DNA of 64,000 nt from Candidatus Latescibacterota bacterium (GCA_965237675.1 OZ250150.1:2208001-2272000); one strand, 5' to 3'; shown: positions 8,428-18,496, counted from the first letter of the stretch. The notes: generated from the sequence alone by a model not told the origin. Program-made: numbers and translations.

Positions 8428-10110
8428 TTATAACATCCTTTCTTGATACGCGTCCCTGGTTACCCATGCCGGTTGAGCGCGGGTCCCCTGGTTGACAATC
8501 AATCCAGAGCGACGCAGTTCCTGTATGAGATTCTGAACTCTCCAATGCTTCTGCTTATCTGTCAGCCGATCAGGCAGCTTCGGCATCAGTGCCTGATCGA
8601 TCTCATTGCGACCAACCGGGCCATGCTCGCTTACCAGAGCTAAGATCAGATCCAGATAGTACTGTTTGTCGAACCCACGTTCTCGGATATGATGACCAGC
8701 GGCGCCCGTCGCTCTGGCGACCGATCCAGCGACTACCAGGTTTGGGTAACGCCCTTCAACAAGGCCACTGGCCTTCAGATAGCGATGATCTTCCCGACCA
8801 ATCCGCAGTCCTTTCTGCACCTGGTCAAGGAGCATGGCTTGAGCGAGATTCAGATCAGTCCGTTCCATGAGAAGCCGAGTGTAGTGTTCGTCAAGGATGC
8901 GACCATGTATGCACACAGCCACGTTGCCTGTCTGAGACAAATCGTAGTCGGGGAGCGGAAAAAATCGCTTTCTTTGTGTGTCAAACATGCGCTTTATGCC
9001 GCCACCCTGCGTGTCAATCAGGTTCAGTTCGACCATGGCGTCAGCCAGGAATGGGTTCCGGTAGATTGCCTGGGGGGCGTCCTGTCGGATGACCGTCTCG
9101 ACATCGCCGGGCAGAAAGTTGCCGACATTGGACAGCAGGATGCGGTCGGGAAACTCGACGACGACAATCCGTCCGCGCAGATGATAGTCCTGATGCGCGA
9201 TGCTGTTATGCAGGGCTTCCCGGATTACCCACGGATCGTACTGGGTAATTTCCTGAGGGAAGAGGGTCCCGCTCGGAAGGGCGCGTACAGTGAGGTTGCG
9301 AACGCGCTTTAGAAGGCTATCTCCGGCAAGCAGGAACGGCGGCCCGATATGCATGTAATCCAATTCGCGCTGGTGGTCGTCCTTGAGCACCCACGAGATC
9401 TTTGCTACCATGGGCGTGAGTAGAGTAGATGATTCCGGTCGCCCCAACAACAGTAGTGCAGCGTTCGTCACTGCGCCCTGCTTTATTACCCGGGCCTTAT
9501 TGAGGAACGTCGCGTCATTCCACTCCTTGACTTCGTCCGCCTGCGCCGGATGCTTGACGACGAACTGCTCGCGTGCCTTGACAAGGGCATCAGGGTCAAG
9601 ATCATCCAGGCGCGCTTGTTCACATACAATTGCGGACCAGTCGCTCCCGCGCGTCCAAATCATACGCGCCTTCTCGGGGTGCTTGCTGAGTTCGGTCTTG
9701 CTGGCACCCACGCGCACGTATGCTTTCCCGTAAAAGCTGATCGGCTGATCTTTTGCGGACCTAACCTCGAAGACAACAACCCGGCCATCTGGATGATCAA
9801 TTACACGTGGCTCGAATCCAATATTCGGACTCAGCCCCGCCCCGATCCAAGGTAGTAGATCTTGATTGCCCTTCGCTTTGGTGTTATACGGATCGAAATC
9901 TGTACCGACGACTTCATGAGTCTCGTCGTCGATACCGAAGACCAGATAGCCAGTCGGCTGGGCAATGATACAGGCCGAATTTGCAAGTGCAGACAGATAC
10001 TCCCCGATCTGCTCCGGTTCACATTGTTTGCGCTTGAACTCAAACCACTCGGTCTCTGTCGCCAGACTGCGCAACTCGTCAATGCGCGCGATGTCCCTGC
10101 TTTCACTCAT
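8428..10110 (-). CDS. AlbA_2 (Schlafen-like) + HATPase_c_4 (RecG C-terminal-like) + HTH protein
   Basis: ETEWFEFK, YLSALANS, GYLVFGIDD, IREALHNSIAHQDY, YRNPFLADAM and GGGIKRM motifs. Confidence 0.85.
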   Translation of the reverse strand: MSESRDIARIDELRSLATETEWFEFKRKQCEPEQIGEYLSALANSACIIAQPTGYLVFGIDDETHEVVGTDFDPYNTKAKGNQDLLPWIGAGLSPNIGFEPRVIDHPDGRVVVFEVRSAKDQPISFYGKAYVRVGASKTELSKHPEKARMIWTRGSDWSAIVCEQARLDDLDPDALVKAREQFVVKHPAQADEVKEWNDATFLNKARVIKQGAVTNAALLLLGRPESSTLLTPMVAKISWVLKDDHQRELDYMHIGPPFLLAGDSLLKRVRNLTVRALPSGTLFPQEITQYDPWVIREALHNSIAHQDYHLRGRIVVVEFPDRILLSNVGNFLPGDVETVIRQDAPQAIYRNPFLADAMVELNLIDTQGGGIKRMFDTQRKRFFPLPDYDLSQTGNVAVCIHGRILDEHYTRLLMERTDLNLAQAMLLDQVQKGLRIGREDHRYLKASGLVEGRYPNLVVAGSVARATGAAGHHIRERGFDKQYYLDLILALVSEHGPVGRNEIDQALMPKLPDRLTDKQKHWRVQNLIQELRRSGLIVNQGTRAQPAWVTRDAYQERML

Positions 10111-10197
10111 GATTCAGCTTCTCTTAGAATTCTCGTACGGCTCAGCACTGGCGATGACCGAACTTCGCTGCCTTTGGGTGCCTTTCGATAGCCCTTC

Positions 10198-10269
10198 GCC
10201 GACCCTTCGACCCTTCGACATTTCGACAAGCTCAATGCAGGCAAGCTCAGGGCAAGGCTCAGGGAGCGG
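10198..10269 (+). repeat. CCCTTCGACAAGCTCAGG-type REP-like element, second long copy
   Basis: CCCTTCGACATTTCGACAAGCTCAATGCAGGCA(A/G)GCTCAGGGCAAG..CTCAGGGAGCGG is shared with 7881-7945. Confidence 0.8.
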
Positions 10270-10305
10270 TTAAGGGCATGGGCTCATTGGATCCGGGCCG
10301 CCGAT

Positions 10306-11088
10306 CTACGGCCAGACCTCCGGGAAGTGTTCCCCCTCCATCAGCGCCCCGTCCGGGACCTCCACGTATGGTTTCATCACGTGCTGTCCGGCGACCACGT
10401 AACGGGCTTCCTCTGTCATATAGTGGATGGCGATGGCGCGGCGCGGGCGGTTGCTCGTGTTGGCGTGAGATCCGTGCCAGGTCAGCGCGTGGTGGTAGTG
10501 CACCTCGCCCTTCTCTACCGGACACCGCACGATGTCCACGCGGCGCCCGTTCCACTCCCCGGGCATGTCCTCGTAGTTCTCAACCGACCGTATGAAGTCG
10601 ATCTGGTTCCCCCACCCGTGGGATCCCGGGACCATACTCATACAGCCGTTCGCCTCGTCCACGTCGTCCAGCGCCACCCACGCGCTCACCTCCGTCATCG
10701 GTTCGATAATCGGCCACAGCGGCGCATCCTGGTGCCACATGGTGACGCCGCCCCGTTCCGCGGGCTTGTACTGGATCTGATCGTGCCATACGCGCAGCCG
10801 TTCCGCTCGTGTGAGTTGCGCCACTTCCTCCACGACCTTGCGCATTCCCGTCAGCTCGCGAAACGGGGCGCTCGCGGCCCAGATATTGACAATCTGCCAG
10901 ACGGGCGTATCCGGGTTTGGGTTCAGGTTCCGCAAGTGGACCGGCTGCGGCACGTCCGGTCGATCCCGATCCGCAATCACGCGGTCCAGTTCACGCCGCA
11001 GCGCTTCCACCTGCCCGTCGTCCAGGAGGCGCCCGCCGTTCAGGAACCCGCGCCTGTGAAATTCGGAGATTTGTGCGTCGGTCAGCAT
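10306..11088 (-). CDS. Phytanoyl-CoA dioxygenase (PhyH) family protein
   Basis: WHQD, SAWVALDDVDEANGCMSMVPGSH and TWHGSHANTSNRPRRA. Confidence 0.9.
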   Translation of the reverse strand: MLTDAQISEFHRRGFLNGGRLLDDGQVEALRRELDRVIADRDRPDVPQPVHLRNLNPNPDTPVWQIVNIWAASAPFRELTGMRKVVEEVAQLTRAERLRVWHDQIQYKPAERGGVTMWHQDAPLWPIIEPMTEVSAWVALDDVDEANGCMSMVPGSHGWGNQIDFIRSVENYEDMPGEWNGRRVDIVRCPVEKGEVHYHHALTWHGSHANTSNRPRRAIAIHYMTEEARYVVAGQHVMKPYVEVPDGALMEGEHFPEVWP

Positions 11089-11130
11089 CGTCCTATATCC
11101 CTTCTGGGTCAGAAATCTGATCAGTCGCAG

Positions 11131-11979
11131 CTACACGGTACCTGCAAGGATGGGATGCAGGGGATGTTCCCACGGCCCGCCGGCCGTCATCTCGTCGCCG
11201 GCCCCGGCCGCTTCCCTTCCGCCTGTAAACCGGACATAGTCGGGTATGTATATTACCGCGAACGCCCGGCGCGGTCGATCGGTCAGGTTGGCGCCCGCGT
11301 GATGAAAATTGCAGCCATGATGAAATGTCACCCCGCCGCCGGCCATCTCCATCGCTACAGGTTCGGCCACCTCGTGCCCCTTCTCCGCCATCTTTGTCAC
11401 GATGCTTTCGCCCGCCACCCCCAGCGCAATCGGCTCCTGGGGGCCCATTTTGTGGGAACCCGGAACGAAATGAAGGCAACCGTTTTCAACCGTCACGTCG
11501 TCCACCGCAACCCAGGCCGAGAGCGCTCCGTACGGCTCCATGGGCCAGTAGGGCATATCCTGATGCCAGTTGGTCGCGCGGCTGCCCGCCCCGCCGGGCT
11601 TGACCATGGCGTGATCGTGATAGATCCGCACGTGGCGGCAGCCCGAAAGACGCCGGGCGGTTTCTGCCAGAGCGTGGTTGAACGAATATGCTTTCATGCC
11701 CGGAAAATCCGTCCATAGGTTCACCATCTGGTTGAAGACCAACTCGTACGCCTCGGACGTCCGGCCGCCGCCGGGTGCACCAATAATCCGCTCCCTGTTG
11801 GTTTCAATAGCGCGGTCGATGCCCTCCCTCAGCGCTGCCACCTCCTCGCGCGAGAAAAACCCGGGATACCTTATAAATCCGTTTTCCCGGTAAAATGTTA
11901 CGTCGTCCGGCGTTGCCGGACTCTGTTTAGCCTCAACCGACATTCCTGTTGCCTCGAATGGCAAACCAGCCGCGTTCAT
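11131..11979 (-). CDS. PhyH family protein (tandem paralogue)
   Basis: WHQD, SAWVAVDDVTVENGCLHFVPGSH and HHAGANLTDRPRRA. Start uncertain (11979 or 11943). Confidence 0.9.
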   Translation of the reverse strand: MNAAGLPFEATGMSVEAKQSPATPDDVTFYRENGFIRYPGFFSREEVAALREGIDRAIETNRERIIGAPGGGRTSEAYELVFNQMVNLWTDFPGMKAYSFNHALAETARRLSGCRHVRIYHDHAMVKPGGAGSRATNWHQDMPYWPMEPYGALSAWVAVDDVTVENGCLHFVPGSHKMGPQEPIALGVAGESIVTKMAEKGHEVAEPVAMEMAGGGVTFHHGCNFHHAGANLTDRPRRAFAVIYIPDYVRFTGGREAAGAGDEMTAGGPWEHPLHPILAGTV

Positions 11980-12851
11980 CCCCGAACCGGCAAAAAAAAA
12001 CCGCCGGTATTCGATGCATTAAAATACCTAACTTCAGCATCGGTACCAACGGTTTTTTGGTATATTGAAAACGAGGAATCGACCTGTGAAATTTCCTCAG
12101 ATGCACGTGCGTTAAGGAAGGGCACAGCTCCGATGGGAAATTTTCCGTGGGCATGTCCTCTCACGGATTACCCAAAGGGTCTTACCGGGTCGATTGTATG
12201 CGGAAAATCACCCCGTGGAACTGCGTTCCAGGCGGGTGGTCATTGAAGTCGCAGCGACAAAAAATCCCCTACCCCCTGACGTCCCCTATTCCCTTGCCCT
12301 TTTTCTTGCATCGCCAAAGAAAAAGGGCCAAAAAGAACGGCGCCGCTCAGACGCCGCGGGGCTGCTTTTCCGCGGACCACCTCTGTGGAAAGAACGTGAG
12401 CCGTTGCCCTGCGGCCTGCGAAGGCATTCCTGGGCTATTTTGCTGGACGGAATAACGCGGAAAAGCCCCCATGCCACCACCGGATGGCCATGAGGTATAC
12501 CGCGAAGGCGTTTTGAACGTGTTGTCGGTCTTGCCACAAGTCCAAATCCAGATCTAAACGTGGTAACGTATCGTAATGATACCAGACGGATTAACGCTTG
12601 TCTCCCCCTTTCCTTTAGGAGAGGGGGCCGGGGGGAGAGGTCACGGTACTGACGTCAACTGATTGTGTTTTTGATTCAAGCTGACTGCTGAGAGCTGATA
12701 GCAGTCTTTGCTGATTTTCACGACAACAGGGGACGCCTGGTTCTGGTGTTCGAGGTTGCTGCTGTTTGCCGTGGGCGAGCGGTGTGGACTTCTTGTTTCT
12801 CGCTGTTTTTGTTGAAGAAACCATACTGACTCCGCCGAATTCATCCAGCTC

Positions 12852-13040
12852 TCAATACGCGATCCTGTGATTGTCGCGCGTCAACAGCCGGTACCCCACG
12901 TAGATCAACAATATAGGCACGGCGAACTTGATCACGAACCAGATCAGCCCCAGTGCGATTCCGATGAGTCCGACCAGCATAATCATTGCCGCGAGTCCGC
13001 CGGCAGCCAACAGGCAGAGCCCGAAAAACTTAAGTAGCAT
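12852..13040 (-). CDS. Small two-TM membrane protein downstream of pspA
   Basis: 62 aa, almost entirely hydrophobic, with GGAGG RBS upstream. Confidence 0.7.
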   Translation of the reverse strand: MLLKFFGLCLLAAGGLAAMIMLVGLIGIALGLIWFVIKFAVPILLIYVGYRLLTRDNHRIAY

Positions 13041-13177
13041 CGTTTCCTCCAGGTAAAAAAGCTGTCAGCTATCAGCGGTCAGCCGTCAGCTAACACCGGT
13101 TAGCAATATAGCGCCGCGATGTCAATTCACGAATGTTGGTTTTCTTAGGGGCGACCCATGGGTCGCCCGCCTGTCCG

Positions 13178-13876
13178 CTAAGGCGATTTTCGATCCTGTT
13201 CCGATTTCGCATCGGCCAGCTTCTGTTTCATCTCTCGCAACTGCGTGTCAATCCGCTCCTTCTGCGCTATTTCCTCGTAGCGGTCGTCCAGGTCCGTGTC
13301 GCTGCCGGCAAGTTCCTCATAGATCTCGGCAGCGGCCTCCTCGCGGTCGACCTGCTGGCAGAAGGTGTCGAATCGCTCGAACGCCTCTTCACGGATTCGA
13401 ACGGGCGAGGGGGCGTTTGAAACATAACTTCCAGACGCCCGGCTTCTGGCAACAAGCGTTCCCTTCCGCGACCGCGCCTCCTGGAACCGGCTCTTCAGCC
13501 GTGCGGCCTGCTGCTTGAGATGCCCGGCCACTTTCGCCGCTTCCGTGAGTGCCCCTTCCAGGGATTCCGTTTCGGCCGCCGCCGCCGCCTTCCGTTCCAA
13601 CGCCAGGCGGGCCAGGTCGTCGTCGCCTCGCGAGACGGCCCGTTCGGCCTTCCGGTCCCAGATCTCCGCTTCTTCCCGACGTACCTTCACCCGGCGTTCG
13701 AGCAGCCGCTGGCTGGCCAGGGCGTCCGCCACGGCGGCAACCGCCTCGTTTACCGCGTCTTCCATATCCGCCATCATCAGGCCAACCATCTTGTCCGGAT
13801 CTTCCATCCGGCTCAGCAGATCGTCCACGTCCGCCCGAATGATATTCGCAATCCGCGACAATGCCCCCGTAGCCAT
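13178..13876 (-). CDS. pspA: PspA/IM30 family protein
   Basis: LSRIANIIRADVDDLLSRMEDPDKM...GDDDLARLALERK coiled coil; AAAGGA RBS. Confidence 0.9.
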   Translation of the reverse strand: MATGALSRIANIIRADVDDLLSRMEDPDKMVGLMMADMEDAVNEAVAAVADALASQRLLERRVKVRREEAEIWDRKAERAVSRGDDDLARLALERKAAAAAETESLEGALTEAAKVAGHLKQQAARLKSRFQEARSRKGTLVARSRASGSYVSNAPSPVRIREEAFERFDTFCQQVDREEAAAEIYEELAGSDTDLDDRYEEIAQKERIDTQLREMKQKLADAKSEQDRKSP

Positions 13877-13949
13877 GGTGGTTTCCTTTCTCCAGTGGGT
13901 GAGATCTTACTTTCACGCGGACACGCAATCCACATCCTGTCCCTCATGT

Positions 13950-13967
13950 ATACAAACGCCGTGCCAA
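13950..13967 (-). promoter_or_regulatory. Sigma-54 (-24/-12) promoter of pspA
   Basis: Minus strand TTGGCACGGCGTTTGTAT against consensus TGGCAC-N5-TTGC. Confidence 0.75.
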
Positions 13968-14039
13968 AAACACTATTTTTCCATAAATAATTGTTTAATA
14001 ATAATATATGTTATTAATAAAAAAAGGACCGTCCGTTAC

Positions 14040-14058
14040 GTTGGCGAGACTCGCCAAC
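14040..14058. promoter_or_regulatory. Palindromic upstream activator site, PspF-type
   Basis: GTTGGCGAG-A-CTCGCCAAC, about 75 bp upstream of the -24 box, with an AT-rich IHF-like tract (13975-14025) in between. Confidence 0.6.
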
Positions 14059-14329
14059 CCGGGCGGTCGAATTTACCTCTTCAAGGGAATCTGGGGTCGT
14101 GCCTGTCAAGAACCTATTGGAAGGTCATGTGCGCTTTGTTGTTGAAAGCGAGTTTCCGTGCAGAGGCGAGGCACGCGGGCAACCACAAGGGTTGCCCCTA
14201 CAAATGCCACGCGAGCGCGAGGTTTGGGAGTGGCTGGGTGGCCTTCTTACGTCTCCCGTCTTACGTCTTGAGCTCTTGAAGAACGGCATCGCCCGTTCAG
14301 GATGCCACCCGGGCCCCGGCCAGGGACTT

Positions 14330-14494
14330 GGTGTCCTGTCCCGAAAATTCCTCACCATTCGACCTCCGATTCATCCCGTCTCGCTGCGTTCCCCTCGCTC
14401 GCCGACCTTACGCAGGTCGCCTACGCTCTGGCGCCTTGCGAGCCTGGCGACTCGGAGGTCGATTATTGGCAACTTATTTCCGGGACAGAACACT
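14330..14494. mobile_element. MITE-like element (family A)
   Basis: TIRs GGTGTCCTGTCCCGAAAAT / ATTTCCGGGACAGAACACT; internal ATTCATCCCGTCTCGC. Partial copies at 22157-22230, 24537-24670, 26007-26060 and 31681-31738, plus a TIR stub at 4572-4586. Confidence 0.75.
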
Positions 14495-15577
14495 CGCCCC
14501 GTGCGAGGGCTTGCCCCCGGACCGGCGCGCCTGGATCAACTCGGATACCACGCTTATGGCAATTTCCTCCGGCGAATCCGCCCCGATATCCAGTCCGATG
14601 GGCGCATGTATTTCTTCGAGGCGATCCCGGCTTATTCCCTTCGCCTCCAGTTCCTTCCACATCAACGCAATTTTGCGCCTGCTTCCGATCATGCCGATGT
14701 AGGCGGCGTTTGTCCACACCGCCTGTTCCACCACCGGCTTATCGTGCTGGTGCCCTCGGGTTACGGCGACAATATAAGACAGGTCGTCGATATCCAGATG
14801 TTCGAGCGCCGTTTCCATCTCCAGCGTGAGTGTCTCGTCCGCCATGGGAAATCGCTCTTTGTTGGCGAACATGGGACGGTCGTCGATCACCACAATACGA
14901 AATCCCACCGTAGCCGCGACCCGCGCGATGGCGAACGAAACGTGCCCGCCGCCGAACAGGTAGAGCGTCGGCTCCGGACAAATCGACTCGATAAAGATCT
15001 TCAGCGGGCCCTCGGAATCGCTTACGTCCAGCGACATCACCTCCAGCAGATTCTCCGGAATCGTTTCCATTTCAGCCACTTCGCTAAGGATCGCAGCGTC
15101 GGCCTCCGCCCAGCCCAGCGACCCCACGGTGGTTCCGTCTGCCCGCACCAGCAGCTTGGCGCTCCATTTCGCGGGGTCCCCTCCGGACACGAGAGTGGCC
15201 AGCACCCCCGAGTCCCTCGCCTTCCGGACCTCTGCGACGTTTTCCAGCACGTCTTCGGACCGCCCCTTGTATAAGGGCTCCGTGAAGATTTCCACGTTAC
15301 CACCGCAGTTCAATCCGTTCTCGCCCGCGTGTTCTTCGGTCAAAATAAAACGCTGAAGCGTCGGTAAACCCGATTCCATCACCTCCCGGGCTTCGGCCCA
15401 CACATCCGCCTCGAGGCAGCCGCCACCCACCGTCCCCACAATCTGCCCGTCGGGCCGCACCAGCATCTTTGCCTTCTTGCTCATCGGCAACGACCCCTTG
15501 CTGGACACGATGGTCGACATCGCCGCATTCTGTCCCGAAGAAATCAGGTCCAGGGCTTCTGAGAATATGTCTTTCAT
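14474..15577 (-). CDS. xdhC: XdhC/CoxI-family molybdo-hydroxylase maturation factor
   Basis: GTVGGGCLE, CGGNVEIF, LYLFGGGHV, YIGMIGSRRK and PIGLDIGADSPEEIAIS. Confidence 0.9.
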   Translation of the reverse strand: MKDIFSEALDLISSGQNAAMSTIVSSKGSLPMSKKAKMLVRPDGQIVGTVGGGCLEADVWAEAREVMESGLPTLQRFILTEEHAGENGLNCGGNVEIFTEPLYKGRSEDVLENVAEVRKARDSGVLATLVSGGDPAKWSAKLLVRADGTTVGSLGWAEADAAILSEVAEMETIPENLLEVMSLDVSDSEGPLKIFIESICPEPTLYLFGGGHVSFAIARVAATVGFRIVVIDDRPMFANKERFPMADETLTLEMETALEHLDIDDLSYIVAVTRGHQHDKPVVEQAVWTNAAYIGMIGSRRKIALMWKELEAKGISRDRLEEIHAPIGLDIGADSPEEIAISVVSELIQARRSGGKPSHGASVLSRK

Positions 15578-15595
15578 CAGAACCACCCCCTTCAA

Positions 15596-15763
15596 AGAAG
15601 GTGTTTTAAAATTCCCGGTGAGTTCCCGAGCGCGAGCGAAAAAGTTCGCTTATGAGGCGCGAGGGGCGCGCAGCCTCGACTACAGATACGGGTGGATTTG
15701 ACCAACGCCGACCGGCGCTTTTGCAGCCGCGCGAAGACCGCTGGGGATTTTAAGCCAGCTTCT
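15596..15763. mobile_element. MITE-like element (family B)
   Basis: TIRs AGAAGGTGTTTTAAAATTCCC / GGGGATTTTAAGCCAGCTTCT; its left arm recurs inverted at about 26059-26121. Confidence 0.65.
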
Positions 15764-15812
15764 CAATTCCGGATGCCGGAAAAAGATTCCGTGTTCTCTA
15801 TCCGCGGCGGTC

Positions 15813-17009
15813 TCATCGCCAGACCGACCGCAGCGTTTTTGCCAGTTGCACGAGACTTTCGAGGTTGTGCGCCGCCATGAAATGATCCAGGTAGGGCAAG
15901 GCCGTTTTCATCCCCAGACAAAGCGGCTGATACCCCGGGCTTCCCAGCAGGGGGTTCAGCCACATCAGTTTGTGTACCCGCCTGCGCAACCGCTCCATCT
16001 CCCGCCGCATGAGTTCCGCGTCGCCGCGGTCCCACCCGTCGCTCACGATAATCATCACTGTTTTTGACTTCAGCATCTCCCTGGCAAACCGGTCGTTGAA
16101 CTCCCTCAGGCAGCCGCCGATATCCGTTCCCCCGGCCCAATCGTGCACCGTGTCCGCCACGTCCTGGAGCGACTCCTCCACACTCTTGTTCTTCAGGAGC
16201 CTGGAAATCGGGGTCATCCGGGTGGAGAACACCCCCACCTCAACGTCGCGGATTTCCCGCTTCAGCGCGTAGATGAACTGAATCAGAAACTGGCTGTAGC
16301 AGTCCATCGATCCGCTCACGTCGCACAGCAGCATCAGCTTCGTTTTCTTAATCCGGCGCCGGCGCCTGGCCAGGGCCACCCCGTCGCGGCCGTAGAGCGC
16401 GTTCCGCCGCCAGGTCCTTCGGAAGTCGATCTCCACGCCCCGCTTCTGCGGCTCCCGCCGCCGGCTGCGCCGGTTGGCGATGATTTCCACAATCTGCGCG
16501 ATGACCTGCCGGGCCCGCTCAATCTCCTTATCGCTCATCGCGGCAAGATCCTTGCGCATCAACACTTCTTCCGGGCTGTACCCGACCTCTTCCGAATCCC
16601 CCTCTCCATCCGCGTCGTCGTCCTCTGTCGCCGTCTCTACCGGCTCGTCGAATTGATCCGACATTTCGAGGTTCTGATCGTCGCCGTCTTCTTCGGTGAC
16701 CTCCATCTCCATCGTCCGGACCGGGGACTGCCAGAAGGCATGAAATACCCGATCGAACGTGTCCAGATCGTCGAAACGGGAAACCAGCGTCGCGCGCGCG
16801 GCCGCGTAGAAATCCCCGCGTCTGCCGATATCGATGAACCGGAAGCTCTGGCAGAAGTCAATCAGATTGCCGGAATTCACGTCAACGCCGGCCCTGTGCA
16901 GCGCCCGCGAAAAGGCCACCACCTGGCCCATCATGCTCGTGTTTTCAACCCATCTTCTATTCATGCGGTCCAACCCGTCGGAATTTCCGTTGTTCTGTTT
17001 TGTCGTCAA
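15813..17009 (-). CDS. coxE: CoxE-like VWA domain protein
   Basis: MIDAS motif LCDVSGSM, WAGGTDIG, SDGWDRG and WLNPL. Confidence 0.88.
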   Translation of the reverse strand: MTTKQNNGNSDGLDRMNRRWVENTSMMGQVVAFSRALHRAGVDVNSGNLIDFCQSFRFIDIGRRGDFYAAARATLVSRFDDLDTFDRVFHAFWQSPVRTMEMEVTEEDGDDQNLEMSDQFDEPVETATEDDDADGEGDSEEVGYSPEEVLMRKDLAAMSDKEIERARQVIAQIVEIIANRRSRRREPQKRGVEIDFRRTWRRNALYGRDGVALARRRRRIKKTKLMLLCDVSGSMDCYSQFLIQFIYALKREIRDVEVGVFSTRMTPISRLLKNKSVEESLQDVADTVHDWAGGTDIGGCLREFNDRFAREMLKSKTVMIIVSDGWDRGDAELMRREMERLRRRVHKLMWLNPLLGSPGYQPLCLGMKTALPYLDHFMAAHNLESLVQLAKTLRSVWR

Positions 17010-17920
17010 TTCTTCAGCCGCAACGCCCGATCTTTCAACGCCCGTGCTTTTTCGATGATCTGGGGCAGGCCATCCTCCTGCAGTTTCTCGATATCCTCCT
17101 TGTACTTCAGTACACAGCCCAGTGTGGCGTTCACCGTTTCGGAATCGAGTTCTTCAATTTCCATCTGCATCAATGCCAGCGCCCAATCGATGGTTTCAGC
17201 GATGCCCGGCCGCTTGTAAAAATCGCGTGTGCGCATCAGTTGCATGAACCCGCACACCTGCTGCGCCAGCCCCGCCTGAATACTTGGAACCCGCGACGCG
17301 ACGATGTCCATTTCTTTCATGAACGTGGGATAGTCGATCCACAGATAGAGGCAGCGTCGTTTGAGGGCATCGTGCAACTCCCGCGTGCGGTTCGACGTGA
17401 GCACCACAAATGGAACCTTCTCAGCGGAAATCGTGCCAATTTCGGGGATGGTAATCTGAAAATCCGAAAGCACTTCCAGAAGAAAGGCCTCGAACTCTTC
17501 GTCGGACCGGTCCACCTCGTCGATCAACAGCACCGGCGGGTTGTTGCCACTGCCCTGAATGGCCTTCAGAAGCGGCCGTTTCAGCAGAAATTCCTCGCTG
17601 AATATATTGCGGCCGATCTCCTGCTTTTCGATGCCTCTGGCCTCTTCCAACCGCATCTCCAGCATCTGCCTGGGATAGTTCCACTCGTACAACGCCGTAT
17701 TGGCGTCCAGGCCTTCGTAACACTGCAGCCGGATCAGATCCGTGTCCATGATCTGCGCCATCACCTTGGCAACCTCTGTCTTGCCTACGCCGGGCTCGCC
17801 CTCCAGAAATATCGGTTTGCCCAGCGCCACGGCCAGGTAGACCGTTGTCGCCAGGGTCCGATCCGCGATATACCCCTCAGCACCAAAACGCTCCTCGACT
17901 TCCTCGATTGACTTTAACAT
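17006..17920 (-). CDS. coxD: CoxD-like MoxR AAA+ ATPase
   Basis: GEPGVGKT, LQCYEGLD, LLIDEVDR and RELHDALKRRC; overlaps the coxE start by 4 bp. Confidence 0.9.
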   Translation of the reverse strand: MLKSIEEVEERFGAEGYIADRTLATTVYLAVALGKPIFLEGEPGVGKTEVAKVMAQIMDTDLIRLQCYEGLDANTALYEWNYPRQMLEMRLEEARGIEKQEIGRNIFSEEFLLKRPLLKAIQGSGNNPPVLLIDEVDRSDEEFEAFLLEVLSDFQITIPEIGTISAEKVPFVVLTSNRTRELHDALKRRCLYLWIDYPTFMKEMDIVASRVPSIQAGLAQQVCGFMQLMRTRDFYKRPGIAETIDWALALMQMEIEELDSETVNATLGCVLKYKEDIEKLQEDGLPQIIEKARALKDRALRLKN

Positions 17921-17941
17921 CCGACCCGTATCTCCCCTTTC

Positions 17942-18496
17942 TCAGCCGAGGGACCGACCCGTTGAACGGTCGGGGCGGGCATACCTCTCAACCCACGCGC
18001 GAAGCGCCTCGACCGTACTGCGAAAACCCAGTTCAGACCAGGGAATCCGGTCTGGAGGGTAGGTCCGAACCTCCAGCGCCTCGAAGTTCCCCGTCAGTTT
18101 GCCTCCGACCACCGTGCCCGTGTACACGACCAGGACCGTCGGTACGTTCGGGTATGAATAGACGCCCAGCAGATCTTCAATCTCGACCTCCAACCCCACC
18201 TCTTCCCTCGCTTCACGCGACGCCGCGGCTTCCACCTGTTCGCCACGGTCGACGTATCCGCCCGGAAAGACCCACTTTCCCATCCCGGGTTCGAAGCCCC
18301 GCTTCAGGAGCACGACCTGTTCGTTCAGCGTAACGATCACGCCGGCCGCCACTTTCGGATCCAGGTAGACCACGAATTCACATGCCGGGCAAACGGCGCG
18401 GTCGTGGCCTTCGACCCGTTTTCGCACCAGCGCCGCGCTGCATCGCTCGCAGAAACGGGCGCCGTCGACGTGAGACGCGGAGTGATCGCTCGCCAT
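17942..18496 (-). CDS. NUDIX hydrolase with N-terminal zinc ribbon
   Basis: FCERC...CPAC and Nudix box GGYVDRGEQVEAAASREAREEVG. Confidence 0.88.
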   Translation of the reverse strand: MASDHSASHVDGARFCERCSAALVRKRVEGHDRAVCPACEFVVYLDPKVAAGVIVTLNEQVVLLKRGFEPGMGKWVFPGGYVDRGEQVEAAASREAREEVGLEVEIEDLLGVYSYPNVPTVLVVYTGTVVGGKLTGNFEALEVRTYPPDRIPWSELGFRSTVEALRAWVERYARPDRSTGRSLG

